Assembly: GCA_913020725.1 (NCBI GenBank)
Contig: CAJWCD010000003.1
Coordinates: 1 to 61,639 of the forward strand
Reading direction: 5' to 3'
Source of the DNA: an uncultured Pseudomonadota bacterium
GTDB lineage: Bacteria; SAR324; NAC60-12
Length of the DNA: 61,639 nucleotides
Shown one piece after another: positions 37,900-51,815 of the stretch. Positions within the stretch are counted from its first letter, which is position 1. Each line of letters opens with the position of its first letter. Under the pieces are notes generated by a model, which did not search any database, was not told the DNA's origin, and saw only the letters and a program-made list of their open reading frames with translations. The position numbers were made by a program, and so were the translations under genes.

Positions 37900-38261
37900 C
37901 AACTGTTTATTAGAGTTTCTTGCTGCTCTTGCTCCAAGCAGACTTTAGCCTTCCTCTATGCATACGGCATCCAGACTTCTCATTCCTGTTGGTTCTGTTC
38001 CTACAGAACTCGGATCTTGCCCCTCCCTCCACCCTCTTGGAGTGCAGAAAAACTTATCAGAAGTCACCCGCCCGTGCATCAAGCTCTGGGCTTTTTGCAA
38101 TTTTTGATTCTAGGAGTTGACCCTTGGAATTCTCTTGTGTTGTGGGGAGCGCCGGGCGAAGCATCGCTCCTTGCGCTTCCTAATTTTCTGGCGGATTTTC
38201 CGCGACCTGCATCCCGCTGCCATGTGGCGGGGAATCTGAACCCTAACGCAAAGGTGTCCTC

Positions 38262-41200
38262 ATGTCTGTGTTGAAAAACCGGCATCGCATCCGCAAATCC
38301 TTCGGCGCAATCACTGCACCTTTGGACGTGCCGGATCTGCTTCAGATTCAGAAGGATTCCTACGGGCGCTTCCTTCAGCGCGATGTCCCCCCGGATCAGC
38401 GTGGGAAAGAGGGACTGGAAGCGGTTTTCCGCTCGATCTTCCCGATCTCCGACTTCAGCGGCTCTTCGACGCTGGAGTACGTTCACTACCGCCTCGGCGA
38501 CCCCAAGTATGATGTGGAGGAATGCCGAGTGCGTGGCGTGACCTTCGCCTGCCCGGTCCGTGTGGCCCTGCGCCTGATTATCTGGGAGAAGGAAGAAGGC
38601 TCGGAGACCAAGCACATCCGAGACATCAAGGAACAGGATATTTACCTCGGCGAAATTCCGCTGATGACATCGACCGGCTCTTTCATCATCAACGGCACGG
38701 AGCGGGTCATTGTCAGTCAGATGCACAAGAGTCCTGGCGCCTTCTTCACCCACGACAAGGGCAAGGGCGTGAGCGGAAGGGTGCTTTACTCTGCACGGCT
38801 CATCCCACAACGCGGTTCGTGGCTGGACTTTGAGTTTGATGCCAAGGACTTCCTCTATGTGCGCATTGACCGCCGCCGCAAGTTCCCGGCGACCGTCTTG
38901 CTGATGGCACTCGGAATGACGGAAGAGCAGATTCTGGAATACTTCTATTCCTTTGAAACCATCAATCTGGGGGACGCGCAGTCTGGGGATGTGCTTGAAT
39001 CCATGACCTTCCAGCGCGCCTTCAACTCGGCACTCATGCTGGATCAGCGGGTTCAACTCCCCATCACTGATCCGGAATCCGGGGAGATCCTCGTCAAGCC
39101 GAACCAGCGCATCAACAAACGCTTGGTTGCCAAGCTCGAAAAAGCTGGAGTCACGCAGGTTTCCTGCACCTATGCAGAATTGACCGAGCGTATTTTGGCC
39201 CGCACAATTATGCAGGGCGAGCAACTGGTTGCGAAGTGCAACACGCCCATTTCCAAGGAACTGCTGGACACGTTGCTGGAACAGGGCATCCGCGAGTTTG
39301 AGGTGCTGCACATGGCTCCGCAACTGATTGGGCCGAGCCTCCGGGCAACAATGGAGTTGGACAAGGTCACCTCCCCAGAACAGGCGCTCATCGAGGTTTA
39401 CAAAAAGATGAAACCGGGCGATCCACCGACCCTGGAAGCCGCGAAGACGATGCTTCAGAACTTCTTCTTCAATGAAGAGCGCTATAGCCTCTCCAAAGTG
39501 GGCCGCCTCAAGATCAACAAGAAACTGGGACAGGACTACCCCCTTGAGCAGTTGGTCCTGACACATGAGGATATTCTGCTGACCGTGAAGTACCTGCTGG
39601 AACTCAAGGAAGGGAATCCACAGCGTTTCGTTGACGATATTGACCATCTCGGCAACCGCCGGGTGCGCAGCGTTGGCGAATTGCTGGAAACGCAGTTCCG
39701 GATTGGTCTGGTGCGGATGGAACGCACGATCAAGGAGCGCATGTCGTTGCAGGACACGGAAACGATGATGCTGCATGACATTGTAAACGCCAAGCCGGTG
39801 GCTGGGGCAATTCACGAGTTCTTTGGTAGCAGTCAGCTTTCGCAGTTCATGGACCAGACGAACCCGCTCTCCGAGATCACGCACAAGCGACGTCTCAGTG
39901 CTTTGGGCCCGGGGGGCCTGACTCGTGAGCGTGCAGGTTTTGATGTCCGGGATGTTCACTCCTCGCATTATGGGCGCATCTGCCCCATCGAGACACCGGA
40001 AGGCCCGAATATCGGCCTGATCGCCTCGCTAGCGACCTTTGCCAGGGTCAACGATTTCGGGTTCATCGAAACACCCTACCGCAAGATTGAGGACGGCCAG
40101 CTGACAGATCAGGTGGAGTACCTCTCCGCGATTGAGGAGGACAAGTTCCGGATTGCGCAAGCGAACTCGACAGTTGACGAGAACGGGGGGCTGGTTGAGG
40201 AATTTGTCTCATGCCGCTTGGGCAGCGAATTTCTGGGAGTACCCCGCGAGGAAGTGGACTACATTGACGTGGCTCCCACCCAGTTGGTTTCGGTGGCGGC
40301 ATCGCTCATTCCCTTCTTGGAGCATGATGACGCGAACCGTGCACTGATGGGATCGAACATGCAGCGCCAAGGGGTGCCACTGGTGCGTCCGACTGCCCCG
40401 CTGGTCGGGACCGGCGTGGAGCATCAGGCTGCGATTGATTCCGGAACCTGCGTGGTGGCCAAGCGCTCCGGGCTGGTGGACAGCGTGGACGCAGGCCGCA
40501 TCGTGATTCAGGCGGATGTGGACCTCACCAGCGAGGATACGGTCATCCCTGCGAACGTGGACATCTACCATCTCACGAAGTACCGCCGCTCCAACCAGAA
40601 CACCTGCATCAACCAGCGTCCGATCATCCGCAAGGGTGACTATGTGCGCAAAGGGGATGCGATCGCCGATGGTGCCAGCACGGAATCCGGAGAACTGGCG
40701 CTGGGTCAGAACGTGCTGATTGCGTTCATGCCGTGGCACGGCTACAACTTCGAGGACTCGATCATGGTCTCGGAGCGCATGCTCCACGAGGATCGCTACA
40801 CCTCGGTCCATATCGATGTGCTAGACATGGTTGCCCGCGACACTAAGCTGGGTAAGGAGGAGGTCACTCGCGACCTTCCAAACGTCAGCGAGGACGCTTT
40901 GAGTTACCTCGACGAGAGCGGGATTATTCAGATTGGTACAACGGTCCGAACGGGAGACATTCTCATCGGAAAGATCACTCCGAAGGGCGAGACGCAACTC
41001 AACCCGGAAGAAAAACTACTGCGCGCGATCTTTGGTGAGAAGGCTGGGGATGTTCGGGACTCCTCCCTGCGTGTGCCTCAGGGCATGGAAGGGGTGGTGA
41101 CTGATGTGGTGGTCTTCAACCGCGAGGGTGTGGAGCGCGATGAGCGCACCCGCCAGATTGAGCGGGATCTGCTCGACAAGTACGGGAAGGACCATCGTGA

Positions 41201-42518
41201 CGAAATCCGCATCGTCCGGAGTAACCTCGTCAAGCGCATCTTCGCGATTGCTACAGGGCAGCAACTGGCGAAGGATTTTGTGAACTTGCAGGGTGAAACA
41301 CTTTACAAGCGTAATACTGAGATCACACAGGAACTGCTGGAAAGCCTGCCGCTGAATGAAAGTTGGAAGAACTTTGAGGTCAGTGTTCCTGAGACCAACG
41401 GCAAGGTTTCGATCTTGGTGTACAACGCGCTTCAGCAGGTGTACTTGCTGGAGAACGTCTATCAGGACCGCTGCGAGAAGGTCTCCAAGGGAGACGATCT
41501 GCCTCCGGGCGTGATCCGGATGATCAAGGTCTACATCGCCATCAAGCGCAAGCTCTCCGTGGGCGACAAGATGGCTGGGCGTCACGGCAACAAGGGTGTG
41601 GTTTCGACCATCCAGCCGTTGGAGAATATGCCCTACATGGAAGATGGTTCGCCAATCGACATCGTGCTTAATCCGCTCGGAGTGCCTTCCCGGATGAACG
41701 TTGGGCAGGTGCTGGAGACCCACCTTGGCCGTGTCGCCAAGGGGCTGGGCGACCAGATTCAGGCACTGCTGGACGAGCAGCAACCGATCCAACAACTCCG
41801 GGAGTTTCTGGACAAGATCTACGAATCGAAGGTGGTTCGGGAACATCTCAAGAGTTTAGATGATGATGCCTTTCTGGAGTTCGCCCGCAAAAACCGCATG
41901 GGCGTCTCGATGGCCACTCCGGTGTTTGACGGGGCTGCGGAATCGGATATCCATCGGATGGCCGCACTGGCCAGCTTGCCCAAGTCCGGGCAGGTGTGGT
42001 TGAACGATGGCATGACGGGTGAGCGCTTTGCTCAGAAAGTGACTGTCGGCTACGCCTACATCCTCAAACTGCACCACTTGGTGGACGAGAAGATTCACGC
42101 CCGCTCCACGGGGCCGTACTCGCTGGTGACGCAACAACCGCTTGGCGGCAAGGCGCAGTTCGGCGGACAACGTTTCGGGGAGATGGAGGTCTGGGCTCTG
42201 GAAGCCTACGGGGCCGCCCACACGCTTCAGGAACTGCTCACCGTCAAGTCCGACGATGTGTACGGGCGGAACAAGATTTACGAGAACATCGTCAAGGGCC
42301 GTCACCAGATGGAAACCGGACTTCCGGAATCCTTCAAGGTGCTGATCAGTGAACTCAAGAGTCTCTATCTCAACATCGAACTTCTGCAAGAAACCGATGA
42401 GCCGGAGGACTTGGAAACTGGAGGATCCGTGGAAGCCCCTGCGGAAACGAAAACAGTTGTGGAAGTCCCCGCTGTTGCCGAAGCACCGGAGAGTACTCCG
42501 GAAGAAGTCGAAGCGTAA
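38262..42518 (+). CDS. rpoB: DNA-directed RNA polymerase beta subunit, 1418 aa (long form).
   Basis: Conserved RpoB motifs throughout. Confidence 0.95.
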   Translation: MSVLKNRHRIRKSFGAITAPLDVPDLLQIQKDSYGRFLQRDVPPDQRGKEGLEAVFRSIFPISDFSGSSTLEYVHYRLGDPKYDVEECRVRGVTFACPVRVALRLIIWEKEEGSETKHIRDIKEQDIYLGEIPLMTSTGSFIINGTERVIVSQMHKSPGAFFTHDKGKGVSGRVLYSARLIPQRGSWLDFEFDAKDFLYVRIDRRRKFPATVLLMALGMTEEQILEYFYSFETINLGDAQSGDVLESMTFQRAFNSALMLDQRVQLPITDPESGEILVKPNQRINKRLVAKLEKAGVTQVSCTYAELTERILARTIMQGEQLVAKCNTPISKELLDTLLEQGIREFEVLHMAPQLIGPSLRATMELDKVTSPEQALIEVYKKMKPGDPPTLEAAKTMLQNFFFNEERYSLSKVGRLKINKKLGQDYPLEQLVLTHEDILLTVKYLLELKEGNPQRFVDDIDHLGNRRVRSVGELLETQFRIGLVRMERTIKERMSLQDTETMMLHDIVNAKPVAGAIHEFFGSSQLSQFMDQTNPLSEITHKRRLSALGPGGLTRERAGFDVRDVHSSHYGRICPIETPEGPNIGLIASLATFARVNDFGFIETPYRKIEDGQLTDQVEYLSAIEEDKFRIAQANSTVDENGGLVEEFVSCRLGSEFLGVPREEVDYIDVAPTQLVSVAASLIPFLEHDDANRALMGSNMQRQGVPLVRPTAPLVGTGVEHQAAIDSGTCVVAKRSGLVDSVDAGRIVIQADVDLTSEDTVIPANVDIYHLTKYRRSNQNTCINQRPIIRKGDYVRKGDAIADGASTESGELALGQNVLIAFMPWHGYNFEDSIMVSERMLHEDRYTSVHIDVLDMVARDTKLGKEEVTRDLPNVSEDALSYLDESGIIQIGTTVRTGDILIGKITPKGETQLNPEEKLLRAIFGEKAGDVRDSSLRVPQGMEGVVTDVVVFNREGVERDERTRQIERDLLDKYGKDHRDEIRIVRSNLVKRIFAIATGQQLAKDFVNLQGETLYKRNTEITQELLESLPLNESWKNFEVSVPETNGKVSILVYNALQQVYLLENVYQDRCEKVSKGDDLPPGVIRMIKVYIAIKRKLSVGDKMAGRHGNKGVVSTIQPLENMPYMEDGSPIDIVLNPLGVPSRMNVGQVLETHLGRVAKGLGDQIQALLDEQQPIQQLREFLDKIYESKVVREHLKSLDDDAFLEFARKNRMGVSMATPVFDGAAESDIHRMAALASLPKSGQVWLNDGMTGERFAQKVTVGYAYILKLHHLVDEKIHARSTGPYSLVTQQPLGGKAQFGGQRFGEMEVWALEAYGAAHTLQELLTVKSDDVYGRNKIYENIVKGRHQMETGLPESFKVLISELKSLYLNIELLQETDEPEDLETGGSVEAPAETKTVVEVPAVAEAPESTPEEVEA

Positions 42519-42601
42519 CGAAACACCGGCTCCCCGAAGGATCAGGCTTGGAGAGCCGGGAGTACGATTAGTTGACACTCTCCCTCACATAGGAGCCAAA
42601 C

Positions 42602-45600
42602 ATGTCGCTTAGAAGTCTGTTTGAAGTTGCTGATGACCCGAAGAATTACTCTGCCGTGCGCATCAAGATTGCCACGTCGGACGATGTGGGTGAATGGTCC
42701 TTCGGAGAGGTGAAAACCTCCGAAACCATTAATTACCGCACCTTCAAGCCTGAACGGGACGGTCTGTTCTGCGGAAAAATCTTTGGTCCAGTCCACGATT
42801 ACGAGTGCATCTGCGGCAAGTACAAGCGTATGAAGCACCGGGGTGTCACCTGTGAGAAGTGCGGGGTTGAGGTGATCGAGTCCAAGGTGCGACGTGACCG
42901 CATGGGCAACATCAAGCTCGCCACACCCATTTCGCATGTCTGGTTTCTCAAAGGAGTGCCCAGTCGCATTGCCACGCTGCTGGAGATGAGCCTGCGGGAT
43001 CTGGAGCGCGTGCTCTACTTTGACGCCTACGTCGTTCTAAGCCCCGGAAGCTCCGATTTGGAGCGCCGGAGTTTGGTTGAGGAAGAAGAGTACCGCGAAC
43101 TCAATGACCTCCACCCCGATCTGGAGTTGGGCATGGGAGCCGAAGCGGTTCGGACCCTGCTACGCCGCTTGGACTTGGACCAACTGGACAAAGACATCCG
43201 CACAGACTTGGCAAACACCGCGTCGGAAACCAAACGCAAGCGGCTCGTCAAACGCCTAAAAATCATTACCGCACTACTGACTTCCGGAAACGCCGTTGAT
43301 GCGATGATTCTGGAGAATCTTCCAGTACTGCCTCCGGAACTACGCCCGTTGGTGCCTTTGGAGGGTGGACGTTTTGCGACGAGCGACCTCAACGATCTCT
43401 ATCGACGGGTTATCCATCGTAACAACCGGCTCAAGCGGCTCATCGAACTGCGGGCACCGGGGATCATTGTCAAGAACGAGAAGCGCATGCTGCAAGAATC
43501 AGTGGACGCTCTCTTCGACAACGGACGTCGCGGACGTCCGATGGTCGGTTCCAACAAGCGCCCGTTGAAATCGCTCTCGGACATGCTCAAGGGTAAACAG
43601 GGGCGTTTCCGCCAGAACCTGCTTGGTAAGCGCGTGGATTATTCCGGACGGACGGTGATCGTCGTGGGGCCAAACCTCAAGCTCCACCAGTGTGGACTCC
43701 CCAAACGCATGGCGCTGGAGCTGTTTAAGCCGTTCATTTTCCACCGCATCATTGATCACGATGAGGTGCACACCATCAAGAACGCAAAACGGAAACTCGA
43801 CGAGGATCTCCCGGAAGTTTGGTCGATCTTGGACGATGTGGTTCGGGAGCATCCGATCATGCTCAACCGCGCTCCAACCTTGCACCGCTTGGGCATCCAA
43901 GCATTTGAACCGATCTTGATCGAGGGCAAAGCGGTCCAACTCCACCCCTTGGTCTGCACGGCGTTCAACGCCGACTTTGATGGCGACCAGATGGCGGTTC
44001 ATGTTCCACTGTCGGTGGAGGCACAGTTGGAGGCAAAAATTCTGATGATGTCCACCAACAACGTCCTCTCCCCGGCCAACGGAAAACCGGTGATGACGCC
44101 CACACAGGACATGGTTCTGGGGTTGTACTGGATCACCCGCGAACGCCCCGGAGTGACGGGTGAGGGTAAAATTTTCACAGGCAAAGCCGAAGTCCAAGCG
44201 GCCTACGATCATGGCAAGGTGGACTTGCACGCCCGGATCATCCTGCGGCTGGACGGCCAGCGGGTCGAGAGTACTGTGGGTCGGGTTCTGCTTTCACAAG
44301 TGATTCCGAAGGAGGTGCCTTACGAATTAATCAACCGCCATCTCAAGAAGAAGCAGATGAGCGAACTGGTGGACGTGGCTTATCGTACTGCCGGGAGTGT
44401 CAAGGCGGTGGAGATGCTGGATGAGCTCAAGCGCATCGGCTACAGCTACGCGACATGGGCTGGGTTCTCGATCGGCATGGACGACATGGTGATTCCCGCT
44501 GAGAAACAGGCGTTGATCGATGAGGCACAGGAGCAGGTTAATGAAATCAATACTCAGCACCAAGATGGACTGATCACCGATGGTGAACGCTACAATCAGG
44601 TCATTGACATCTGGGCACGGACCACTGAACGCATCGCCGAGCGCATGTCACAGGGGTTGCAGCAGGAGATTAAAGACGATGAAGGCGGCAGCAAGGTGAA
44701 CTCGATCTTCATGATGGCTGACTCCGGAGCCAGAGGGTCTAACCAGCAGATGAAGCAGCTTGCAGGAATGCGCGGGTTGATGGCCAAGCCGTCTGGAGAG
44801 ATCATCGAAACCCCCATCCACGCGAACTTTCGCGAGGGCTTGAACGTTCTGGAGTACTTCATCTCCACCCACGGTGCCCGCAAAGGACTCGCCGACACAG
44901 CGCTCAAGACCGCAAACTCCGGATACCTCACCCGGCGGCTGGTGGACGTTGCGCAAGATTGCGTGATCACCACCGAAGACTGTGGAACGCTTGACGGGAT
45001 TGAGATGACCTCCCTGATCGAGTCCGGAGAGATCATTGAAGGCTTGGGGGATCGGATTCTGGGCCGGGTGATTCAGGAGGATGTCCTTGATGAGGAAGGC
45101 AAGGTAGCCATTTCTGCCGGCGCTGAAATCACCGAAGCCGAGCGGGATTTGGTGGAAGAACTTCGGGTGGAAAAGGTGATGGTCCGCTCCCTGCTGACCT
45201 GCGCCATGGATCATGGGGTCTGCAAACGTTGCTACGGGCGCGACCTCGCTCGTGGACACCTAGTCTCGATGGGTGATGCTGTCGGAGTGATTGCCGCACA
45301 GAGTATTGGGGAACCCGGGACACAACTCACGATGCGAACTTTCCACATTGGAGGCACCGCGAGCCGCTTGGCCGAACAGAACACTTGGGAAGCGAAGTTC
45401 AGTGGGATCCTCAAATTTCACGAACTCAAGGAGGTGAAGAACGAGAAAGGGCACTGGGTGGTGCTTGGACGTCGGGGGGAAGCCGTGATTGTCGACGAGT
45501 TGGGCAAGGAGCGCGAACGACGACCGTTACCGCTCGGTACGATCATCCGGGTCAATGCGGGAACTCATGTGGAGCAGGGCGACCGGGTTGCCGAGTGGGA

Positions 45601-46852
45601 TCCCTTCTCCGTGCCGATCCTCACGGATGTGACGGGCTTCGTCAAATACAGCGAGATTGTGGAGGGCGAAACCTTCAAGGAGCAGGTGGACGAGGTCTCT
45701 GGGGTGTCTCGCAAGGTGATTCAAGAAGCGCCCGATCAGGAACACCGCCCGCAGTTGGTCATCTGTGACGAGCAGCAGAACACGGTCGTCCGAGAGAACG
45801 AGATAGATGCGGTGTTCAACCTGCCGATCAAGGCTGAGTTGGTGGTCGAGGACGGGCAGCCGGTTTATGCTGGAGACATCCTCGCCAAGATTCCCCGGGA
45901 ACTTGCCAAGAACAAGGACATCACCGGGGGGCTGCCCCGTGTGGCTGAGCTTTTCGAGGCGCGCATTCCGAAAGATCAGGCGGTGATCACCGAGATTGAC
46001 GGGATTGTTGAATTCGGCATGGACTTCAAAAAGAAGCAGCGCATCATCATCCGTCCGGAAGATGGTCGAGGCGAACCGAAGGAGTACCTCATCCCTCGGG
46101 GCCGTCATATCACCGTCCACATGGGCGAGTATGTGCGTGCCGGGGATCCGCTCATTGATGGCTCCCCAAATCCCCACGATATTCTTGAAGTGAAGGGGAC
46201 GAAGGCGTTGCAGAAGTACATGGTGGACGAGGTCCAGCAGGTGTACCGTTTGCAGGGAGTGGGCATCAACGACAAGCACATCGAGGCGATTGTCCGCCAG
46301 ATGCTCCGACAGGTGCGTGTTGAGGAGCCGGGCAACTCCACCTTCCTGGTTGGGGAGGAAGTTGCGCGGGTGCGGATCAAGGCGGAGAACGCGAAGTTGA
46401 TCAACCAAGGCTTGCAGCCGGCGCGGTCCAAGCCGAAGTTGCTGGGCATCACCAAGGCTTCGCTGAGTACGGATTCGTTCATTTCCGCCGCCTCGTTCCA
46501 GGAAACGACAAAAATCCTCACCGATGCTGCGTTGGAAGGGAAAATGGACACGTTCCGGGGACTCAAGGAAAACGTCATTCTGGGGCGTTTGATCCCGGCA
46601 GGCACGGGCTTCAGCGAGTTCCGAGGATTGGCCTACGAACTCAACGGCGCGATTGACCCGGAAGCCCTCAAGCGAGCCACCGAGGCTAAAGCAGCAGCAC
46701 AAGCGGCACTGGAAGCTAAAGCAGCACGGGCCAAAGCAGCCGAAGCCGCACGCAAAGAAGCCGAAGCCACACGGACCGCCGAAGCCAAAGCGGTTGTGGA
46801 GATGGTTGTGGCTGATCCCGGAGCGGTGGAAACCACGGCTGAGACCGTCTGA
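42602..46852 (+). CDS. rpoC: DNA-directed RNA polymerase beta' subunit, 1416 aa, with an Ala/Lys/Glu-rich C-terminal tail.
   Basis: Zn-finger CxxC pairs and NADFDGD. Confidence 0.95.
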   Translation: MSLRSLFEVADDPKNYSAVRIKIATSDDVGEWSFGEVKTSETINYRTFKPERDGLFCGKIFGPVHDYECICGKYKRMKHRGVTCEKCGVEVIESKVRRDRMGNIKLATPISHVWFLKGVPSRIATLLEMSLRDLERVLYFDAYVVLSPGSSDLERRSLVEEEEYRELNDLHPDLELGMGAEAVRTLLRRLDLDQLDKDIRTDLANTASETKRKRLVKRLKIITALLTSGNAVDAMILENLPVLPPELRPLVPLEGGRFATSDLNDLYRRVIHRNNRLKRLIELRAPGIIVKNEKRMLQESVDALFDNGRRGRPMVGSNKRPLKSLSDMLKGKQGRFRQNLLGKRVDYSGRTVIVVGPNLKLHQCGLPKRMALELFKPFIFHRIIDHDEVHTIKNAKRKLDEDLPEVWSILDDVVREHPIMLNRAPTLHRLGIQAFEPILIEGKAVQLHPLVCTAFNADFDGDQMAVHVPLSVEAQLEAKILMMSTNNVLSPANGKPVMTPTQDMVLGLYWITRERPGVTGEGKIFTGKAEVQAAYDHGKVDLHARIILRLDGQRVESTVGRVLLSQVIPKEVPYELINRHLKKKQMSELVDVAYRTAGSVKAVEMLDELKRIGYSYATWAGFSIGMDDMVIPAEKQALIDEAQEQVNEINTQHQDGLITDGERYNQVIDIWARTTERIAERMSQGLQQEIKDDEGGSKVNSIFMMADSGARGSNQQMKQLAGMRGLMAKPSGEIIETPIHANFREGLNVLEYFISTHGARKGLADTALKTANSGYLTRRLVDVAQDCVITTEDCGTLDGIEMTSLIESGEIIEGLGDRILGRVIQEDVLDEEGKVAISAGAEITEAERDLVEELRVEKVMVRSLLTCAMDHGVCKRCYGRDLARGHLVSMGDAVGVIAAQSIGEPGTQLTMRTFHIGGTASRLAEQNTWEAKFSGILKFHELKEVKNEKGHWVVLGRRGEAVIVDELGKERERRPLPLGTIIRVNAGTHVEQGDRVAEWDPFSVPILTDVTGFVKYSEIVEGETFKEQVDEVSGVSRKVIQEAPDQEHRPQLVICDEQQNTVVRENEIDAVFNLPIKAELVVEDGQPVYAGDILAKIPRELAKNKDITGGLPRVAELFEARIPKDQAVITEIDGIVEFGMDFKKKQRIIIRPEDGRGEPKEYLIPRGRHITVHMGEYVRAGDPLIDGSPNPHDILEVKGTKALQKYMVDEVQQVYRLQGVGINDKHIEAIVRQMLRQVRVEEPGNSTFLVGEEVARVRIKAENAKLINQGLQPARSKPKLLGITKASLSTDSFISAASFQETTKILTDAALEGKMDTFRGLKENVILGRLIPAGTGFSEFRGLAYELNGAIDPEALKRATEAKAAAQAALEAKAARAKAAEAARKEAEATRTAEAKAVVEMVVADPGAVETTAETV

Positions 46853-46873
46853 TTTCAGCAGTACGTCCGGACC

Positions 46874-47314
46874 ATGCCGAGACTTCGGTCGGACGCACCT
46901 TCGTGCTTCTTGCTGTCTCTCAGTGTCCGGGACTACGAACTGGATCGCTTTGGCGTGGTGAACAACGCGGTGTACCAGAACTATTTGGAACACACCCGCC
47001 ACGCCTTCCTTGAGTCACGGGGGGTCTCCCTGACCGATCTTCACGAGCAAGGTTTCAGTCCAGTGGTTTCCCGTGCGGAAATCGAGTATCGTGCCCCCCT
47101 CAAAAGCGGTGACGCTTTTGACGTAACCTTGACCGTGGAAGCATTGACCCGGATTCGCTTCGTGTTCTTCCAGGAAATCATCCGCGATGTGGATCGTCAG
47201 ATCGTGACCCGTGCCCGCATCACGGGAACCGTTATTGACGCCTTGGGCAAACCCAAACTCCCCGAAGTGTTCGATCAACTTCGCAACTCCACTCTACTTT
47301 CCGAAACTTCATGA
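46874..47314 (+). CDS. Hotdog-fold acyl-CoA thioesterase (YbgC/4HBT family).
   Basis: VRDYELDRFGVVNNAVYQNYLE. The stop overlaps the tkt start as ATGA. Confidence 0.65.
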   Translation: MPRLRSDAPSCFLLSLSVRDYELDRFGVVNNAVYQNYLEHTRHAFLESRGVSLTDLHEQGFSPVVSRAEIEYRAPLKSGDAFDVTLTVEALTRIRFVFFQEIIRDVDRQIVTRARITGTVIDALGKPKLPEVFDQLRNSTLLSETS

Positions 47315-49389
47315 CTCCTGCTCCCGACCTCGCTCAGCGTTGTGTTCACACCATCCGCTTCCTTGCTGCCGATGCCGTGCAACAAGCCAACAGCGGACAC
47401 CCCGGAACCCCGATGGCCCTAGCGGATCTTGCGTTGGTCCTTTGGACACGCTTTCTGCGCTACAATCCGGAGGTTCCGGATTGGCCGGACCGCGACCGTT
47501 TTGTGCTTTCGATCGGGCACGCTTCGATGCTCCAGTATGCGATGCTGCATTTGGCAGGCTACGATTTGTCGCTGGACGAGATCACGCAGTTCCGGCAGTG
47601 GGAAAGCCGCACTCCGGGGCATCCGGAGGTTGGACGCACTCCGGGGGTGGAATGCACAACGGGGCCGCTCGGCGCGGGCTTCGGAAATTCCGTCGGCATG
47701 GCACTCGCTGCGAAGATGTTGGCAGCACGATTCAACACGGCAGAGCAAGCGCTGATCACGTCCCGGATTTTCATGTTTTGCAGCGATGGTGATCTTCAGG
47801 AGGGGCTTACTGCGGAAGCCGCTTCGTTTGCAGGACACTTGGGGCTGGGCAACTTGATTGCGGTGTACGACAACAACGACATCACCATTGGCGGACGGGC
47901 CTCGCTTTCGATGAGCGAAAATGTGGGCGAACGCTTTCAGGCCTATGGCTGGCATGTTCAGCACTGCGACGGCCACGACCATGAGGCGATTGCCGTATGT
48001 TACGAAAACGCCCTCAAGGCCACGAGGCAACCCTCACTGATTGTTGCAAAGACGACCATCGGCATCGGCACTCCAACGAAGGCCGACACTCCGGCGGCAC
48101 ACGGCGCTCCCTTGGGCGAGCAGGAAATCCAGCAGGCCAAGGCCAACGTGGGTTGGCCGGAGAACGAGAAATTCTTGGTTCCGGACGAGGTGCGTAAAGT
48201 GTTTCAGCAGCGAGCCGAGGAAGGGAGGAGTGAGTACAACGCATGGCAGCACCAGTATCGGCGGTGGCGTAAGAAAAATCATGGCCAGGCCCAGCAGTGG
48301 GACTGGCACTGGAATCGGAGTGTTCCGAAAAGTTTGCTCAATGAGCTTTCCAAAACGCTTGGAAACAAGGAGGACGCCACCCGCAATCTTTCCGGAATGG
48401 TGATCCAGACGATTGCCGAGCAGGTGCCCGCCTTTGCCGGAGGTTCGGCGGATTTGGAACCAAGCACCAAGACGCTCATCAAGAACGCGGAGAGCATCTG
48501 TCCGTCCTCGATGGACGACGCGAACCTGCCCGATCCTTCGTTTGCGGGACGCAATATCCACTTTGGCATCCGCGAGCACGCGATGGGCACGATCACCAAC
48601 GGCATGGCACTCTTTGGCGGCTGGCTTCCGTACTGTGCCACCTTCGAGGTCTTTGCCGACTACATGCGCCCCAGCCTGCGGCTCGCAGCGATTTCGCATT
48701 TGCCCACAACCTTTGTCTTCACGCACGACTCCATTGCAGTTGGCGAGGATGGCCCGACGCATCAGCCCGTTGAGCAACACTGGGCCTTGCGCCTGATTCC
48801 GAATTTGGAAGTCTGGCGTCCGGCGGACGCGCAGGAAGTCGCCGCCGCATGGTACGCCTGTCTGGAGTCAGCCAATGCCACAATCCCCAAAGCCCTGCTG
48901 TTGACCCGGCAGACAATCCAACATTTGAAACGCCCCAGCAATTTCCAGATTGGGGACATTCTGCGCGGAGGGTATGTGGTTGCCGACTGTGACGAAGAAC
49001 CGGAAGTGATTCTCATTTCCACCGGATCGGAAGGCGGAGCGGTTCAGGAAGCTCGTCTGCTGCTGCTGGACACCCACCTGCAGGTCCGGCATGTCTCCAT
49101 GCCGTGTCTTGAGCGTTTCGAGCAGCAGGATTTGGAATACCAGATCGAGGTGCTGCCGCTCTCAGTGTTTATTGTCGTGGTCGAAGCAGGAGTAACGCGC
49201 CCGTGGTACCAGTATGCAGATCATGTGATTGGCATCAACGAGTATGGCGCTTCTGCGCCCGGAGGAGAACTGATGGAGCGCTACGGCTTCACTGGAAAGG
49301 AGATTGCCGACGAGGTGCTGGATATCCTTGAAGACGATGAGGAACTGGCCGATGCCCTGATGGGCGACCCGCCTGTTGGTCGAGCGTGA
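47311..49389 (+). CDS. tkt: Transketolase.
   Basis: GHPGTPMALAD, the GDG thiamine-diphosphate motif, and full length. Confidence 0.9.
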   Translation: MTPAPDLAQRCVHTIRFLAADAVQQANSGHPGTPMALADLALVLWTRFLRYNPEVPDWPDRDRFVLSIGHASMLQYAMLHLAGYDLSLDEITQFRQWESRTPGHPEVGRTPGVECTTGPLGAGFGNSVGMALAAKMLAARFNTAEQALITSRIFMFCSDGDLQEGLTAEAASFAGHLGLGNLIAVYDNNDITIGGRASLSMSENVGERFQAYGWHVQHCDGHDHEAIAVCYENALKATRQPSLIVAKTTIGIGTPTKADTPAAHGAPLGEQEIQQAKANVGWPENEKFLVPDEVRKVFQQRAEEGRSEYNAWQHQYRRWRKKNHGQAQQWDWHWNRSVPKSLLNELSKTLGNKEDATRNLSGMVIQTIAEQVPAFAGGSADLEPSTKTLIKNAESICPSSMDDANLPDPSFAGRNIHFGIREHAMGTITNGMALFGGWLPYCATFEVFADYMRPSLRLAAISHLPTTFVFTHDSIAVGEDGPTHQPVEQHWALRLIPNLEVWRPADAQEVAAAWYACLESANATIPKALLLTRQTIQHLKRPSNFQIGDILRGGYVVADCDEEPEVILISTGSEGGAVQEARLLLLDTHLQVRHVSMPCLERFEQQDLEYQIEVLPLSVFIVVVEAGVTRPWYQYADHVIGINEYGASAPGGELMERYGFTGKEIADEVLDILEDDEELADALMGDPPVGRA

Positions 49390-50060
49390 GTGCGGAAAAA
49401 CGCCTCGCCGCCGAGCGGGCGGTCGAGTACGTCCAAGACGGCATGGTGGTCGGTTTGGGTACGGGATCAACTGCGGCCTATGCCGTGAAAAAGCTGGGGG
49501 AGCGTGTCCGGAGTGGTCTAAATATCCGGGGCATTCCCACCTCGGAAAGCACCCGTCAGCTTGCCGAAGCCGAGGGGATAGCTCTGACTGATTTCGTGAC
49601 GGTTTCGGCGATTGACCTGACAATAGACGGTGCCGACGAGGTGGCCCCGGATCTCAACCTCATTAAAGGCGGAGGCGCAGCGTTGTTGCAAGAAAAAATT
49701 GTGGCGGCGGCCTCGCGGGAGCATGTGATCATCGTGGATTCCTCAAAAATGGTGAAACGCCTCGGCGCCTTTCCGCTTCCGGTGGAGGTGATTCCATTTG
49801 GGTGGCAAACGGCGGCACGTCGGATTGACGCTCTAGGAGGGAACCCGCAACTCCGCCTCAAGCATGGCTCCCCCCTTGTGACCGATCACGGGCACTGGAT
49901 TCTCGATTGCGCCTTTGGAACGATCCCCGATGCCGTTGGCTTGGAACTGACGCTCAACAACCTTCCCGGAGTTGTGGAAAACGGACTCTTCATCAAACGC
50001 TGCACGCGACTTGTGCTGGCTCAGGGAGAGGAACTTGTTATCCGGGAACGAACCCTGTGA
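49386..50060 (+). CDS. rpiA: Ribose-5-phosphate isomerase A.
   Basis: VVGLGTGSTA and DGADEV. Confidence 0.9.
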   Translation: MSAEKRLAAERAVEYVQDGMVVGLGTGSTAAYAVKKLGERVRSGLNIRGIPTSESTRQLAEAEGIALTDFVTVSAIDLTIDGADEVAPDLNLIKGGGAALLQEKIVAAASREHVIIVDSSKMVKRLGAFPLPVEVIPFGWQTAARRIDALGGNPQLRLKHGSPLVTDHGHWILDCAFGTIPDAVGLELTLNNLPGVVENGLFIKRCTRLVLAQGEELVIRERTL

Positions 50061-50764
50061 TTCCGATCATCGCACCGTCAGTGCTGGCCGCCGATCTTGG
50101 CTCGGTGAGCGAGGAAATCGCCTGTGTTCACGAAGCTGGAGCGCATTGGATTCACCTTGACGTGATGGACGGGGTGTTTGTTTCCAACCTCACCTTCGGT
50201 GCCGAGGCAATCAAGTCCTTCCGCAAGCCGGAGGGATGCGTGTTCGACGCGCACCTGATGATCACCCAGCCGGAGCGACATATCCCGGCGTTTGCGGCAG
50301 CGGGGGCGGATGTCATTTCAGTGCATCCGGAAGCGACCCAGCACCTACACTTCGTGCTCAAGCTGATTCGGGAGCACGGAGCGAAGCCTGCCGTGGCACT
50401 CAACCCTGCGACTCCGCTGGAAGTGTTGGATTGGGTGTGGGAGGACTTGGACATGGTGTTGCTGATGTCGGTGAATCCCGGCTGGGGAGGCCAGTGTTTC
50501 ATTCCGGCGGTGTTTGCAAAGCTCGCAGAATTGCGGCGGCGGATTCAGGAACGCAACTTCGACATCACCATTCAGGTTGATGGCGGGGTCAACCTCAAAA
50601 CCATCCGCCAAGCCGTCCAGTCCGGAGCCACCAATTTGGTCGCGGGCAGTGCGGTCTTCACCGGAAAATCCGGAATGGATGCGAGTCGTGAGACTGTGGT
50701 TCGTGAATACCGGGAAAACCTACAGGCGTTGCTCACCGAAGCCACCTCCGATCAGTTTGTCTAA
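50057..50764 (+). CDS. rpe: Ribulose-phosphate 3-epimerase. The start is a GTG overlapping the rpiA stop as GTGA.
   Basis: IIAPSVLAAD, HLDVMDG and VNPGWGGQ. Confidence 0.85.
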   Translation: MIPIIAPSVLAADLGSVSEEIACVHEAGAHWIHLDVMDGVFVSNLTFGAEAIKSFRKPEGCVFDAHLMITQPERHIPAFAAAGADVISVHPEATQHLHFVLKLIREHGAKPAVALNPATPLEVLDWVWEDLDMVLLMSVNPGWGGQCFIPAVFAKLAELRRRIQERNFDITIQVDGGVNLKTIRQAVQSGATNLVAGSAVFTGKSGMDASRETVVREYRENLQALLTEATSDQFV

Positions 50765-50782
50765 AATTCAACTCAAGCTTAA

Positions 50783-51808
<1,026 letters not shown>

Positions 51809-51815
51809 AGGCGAC

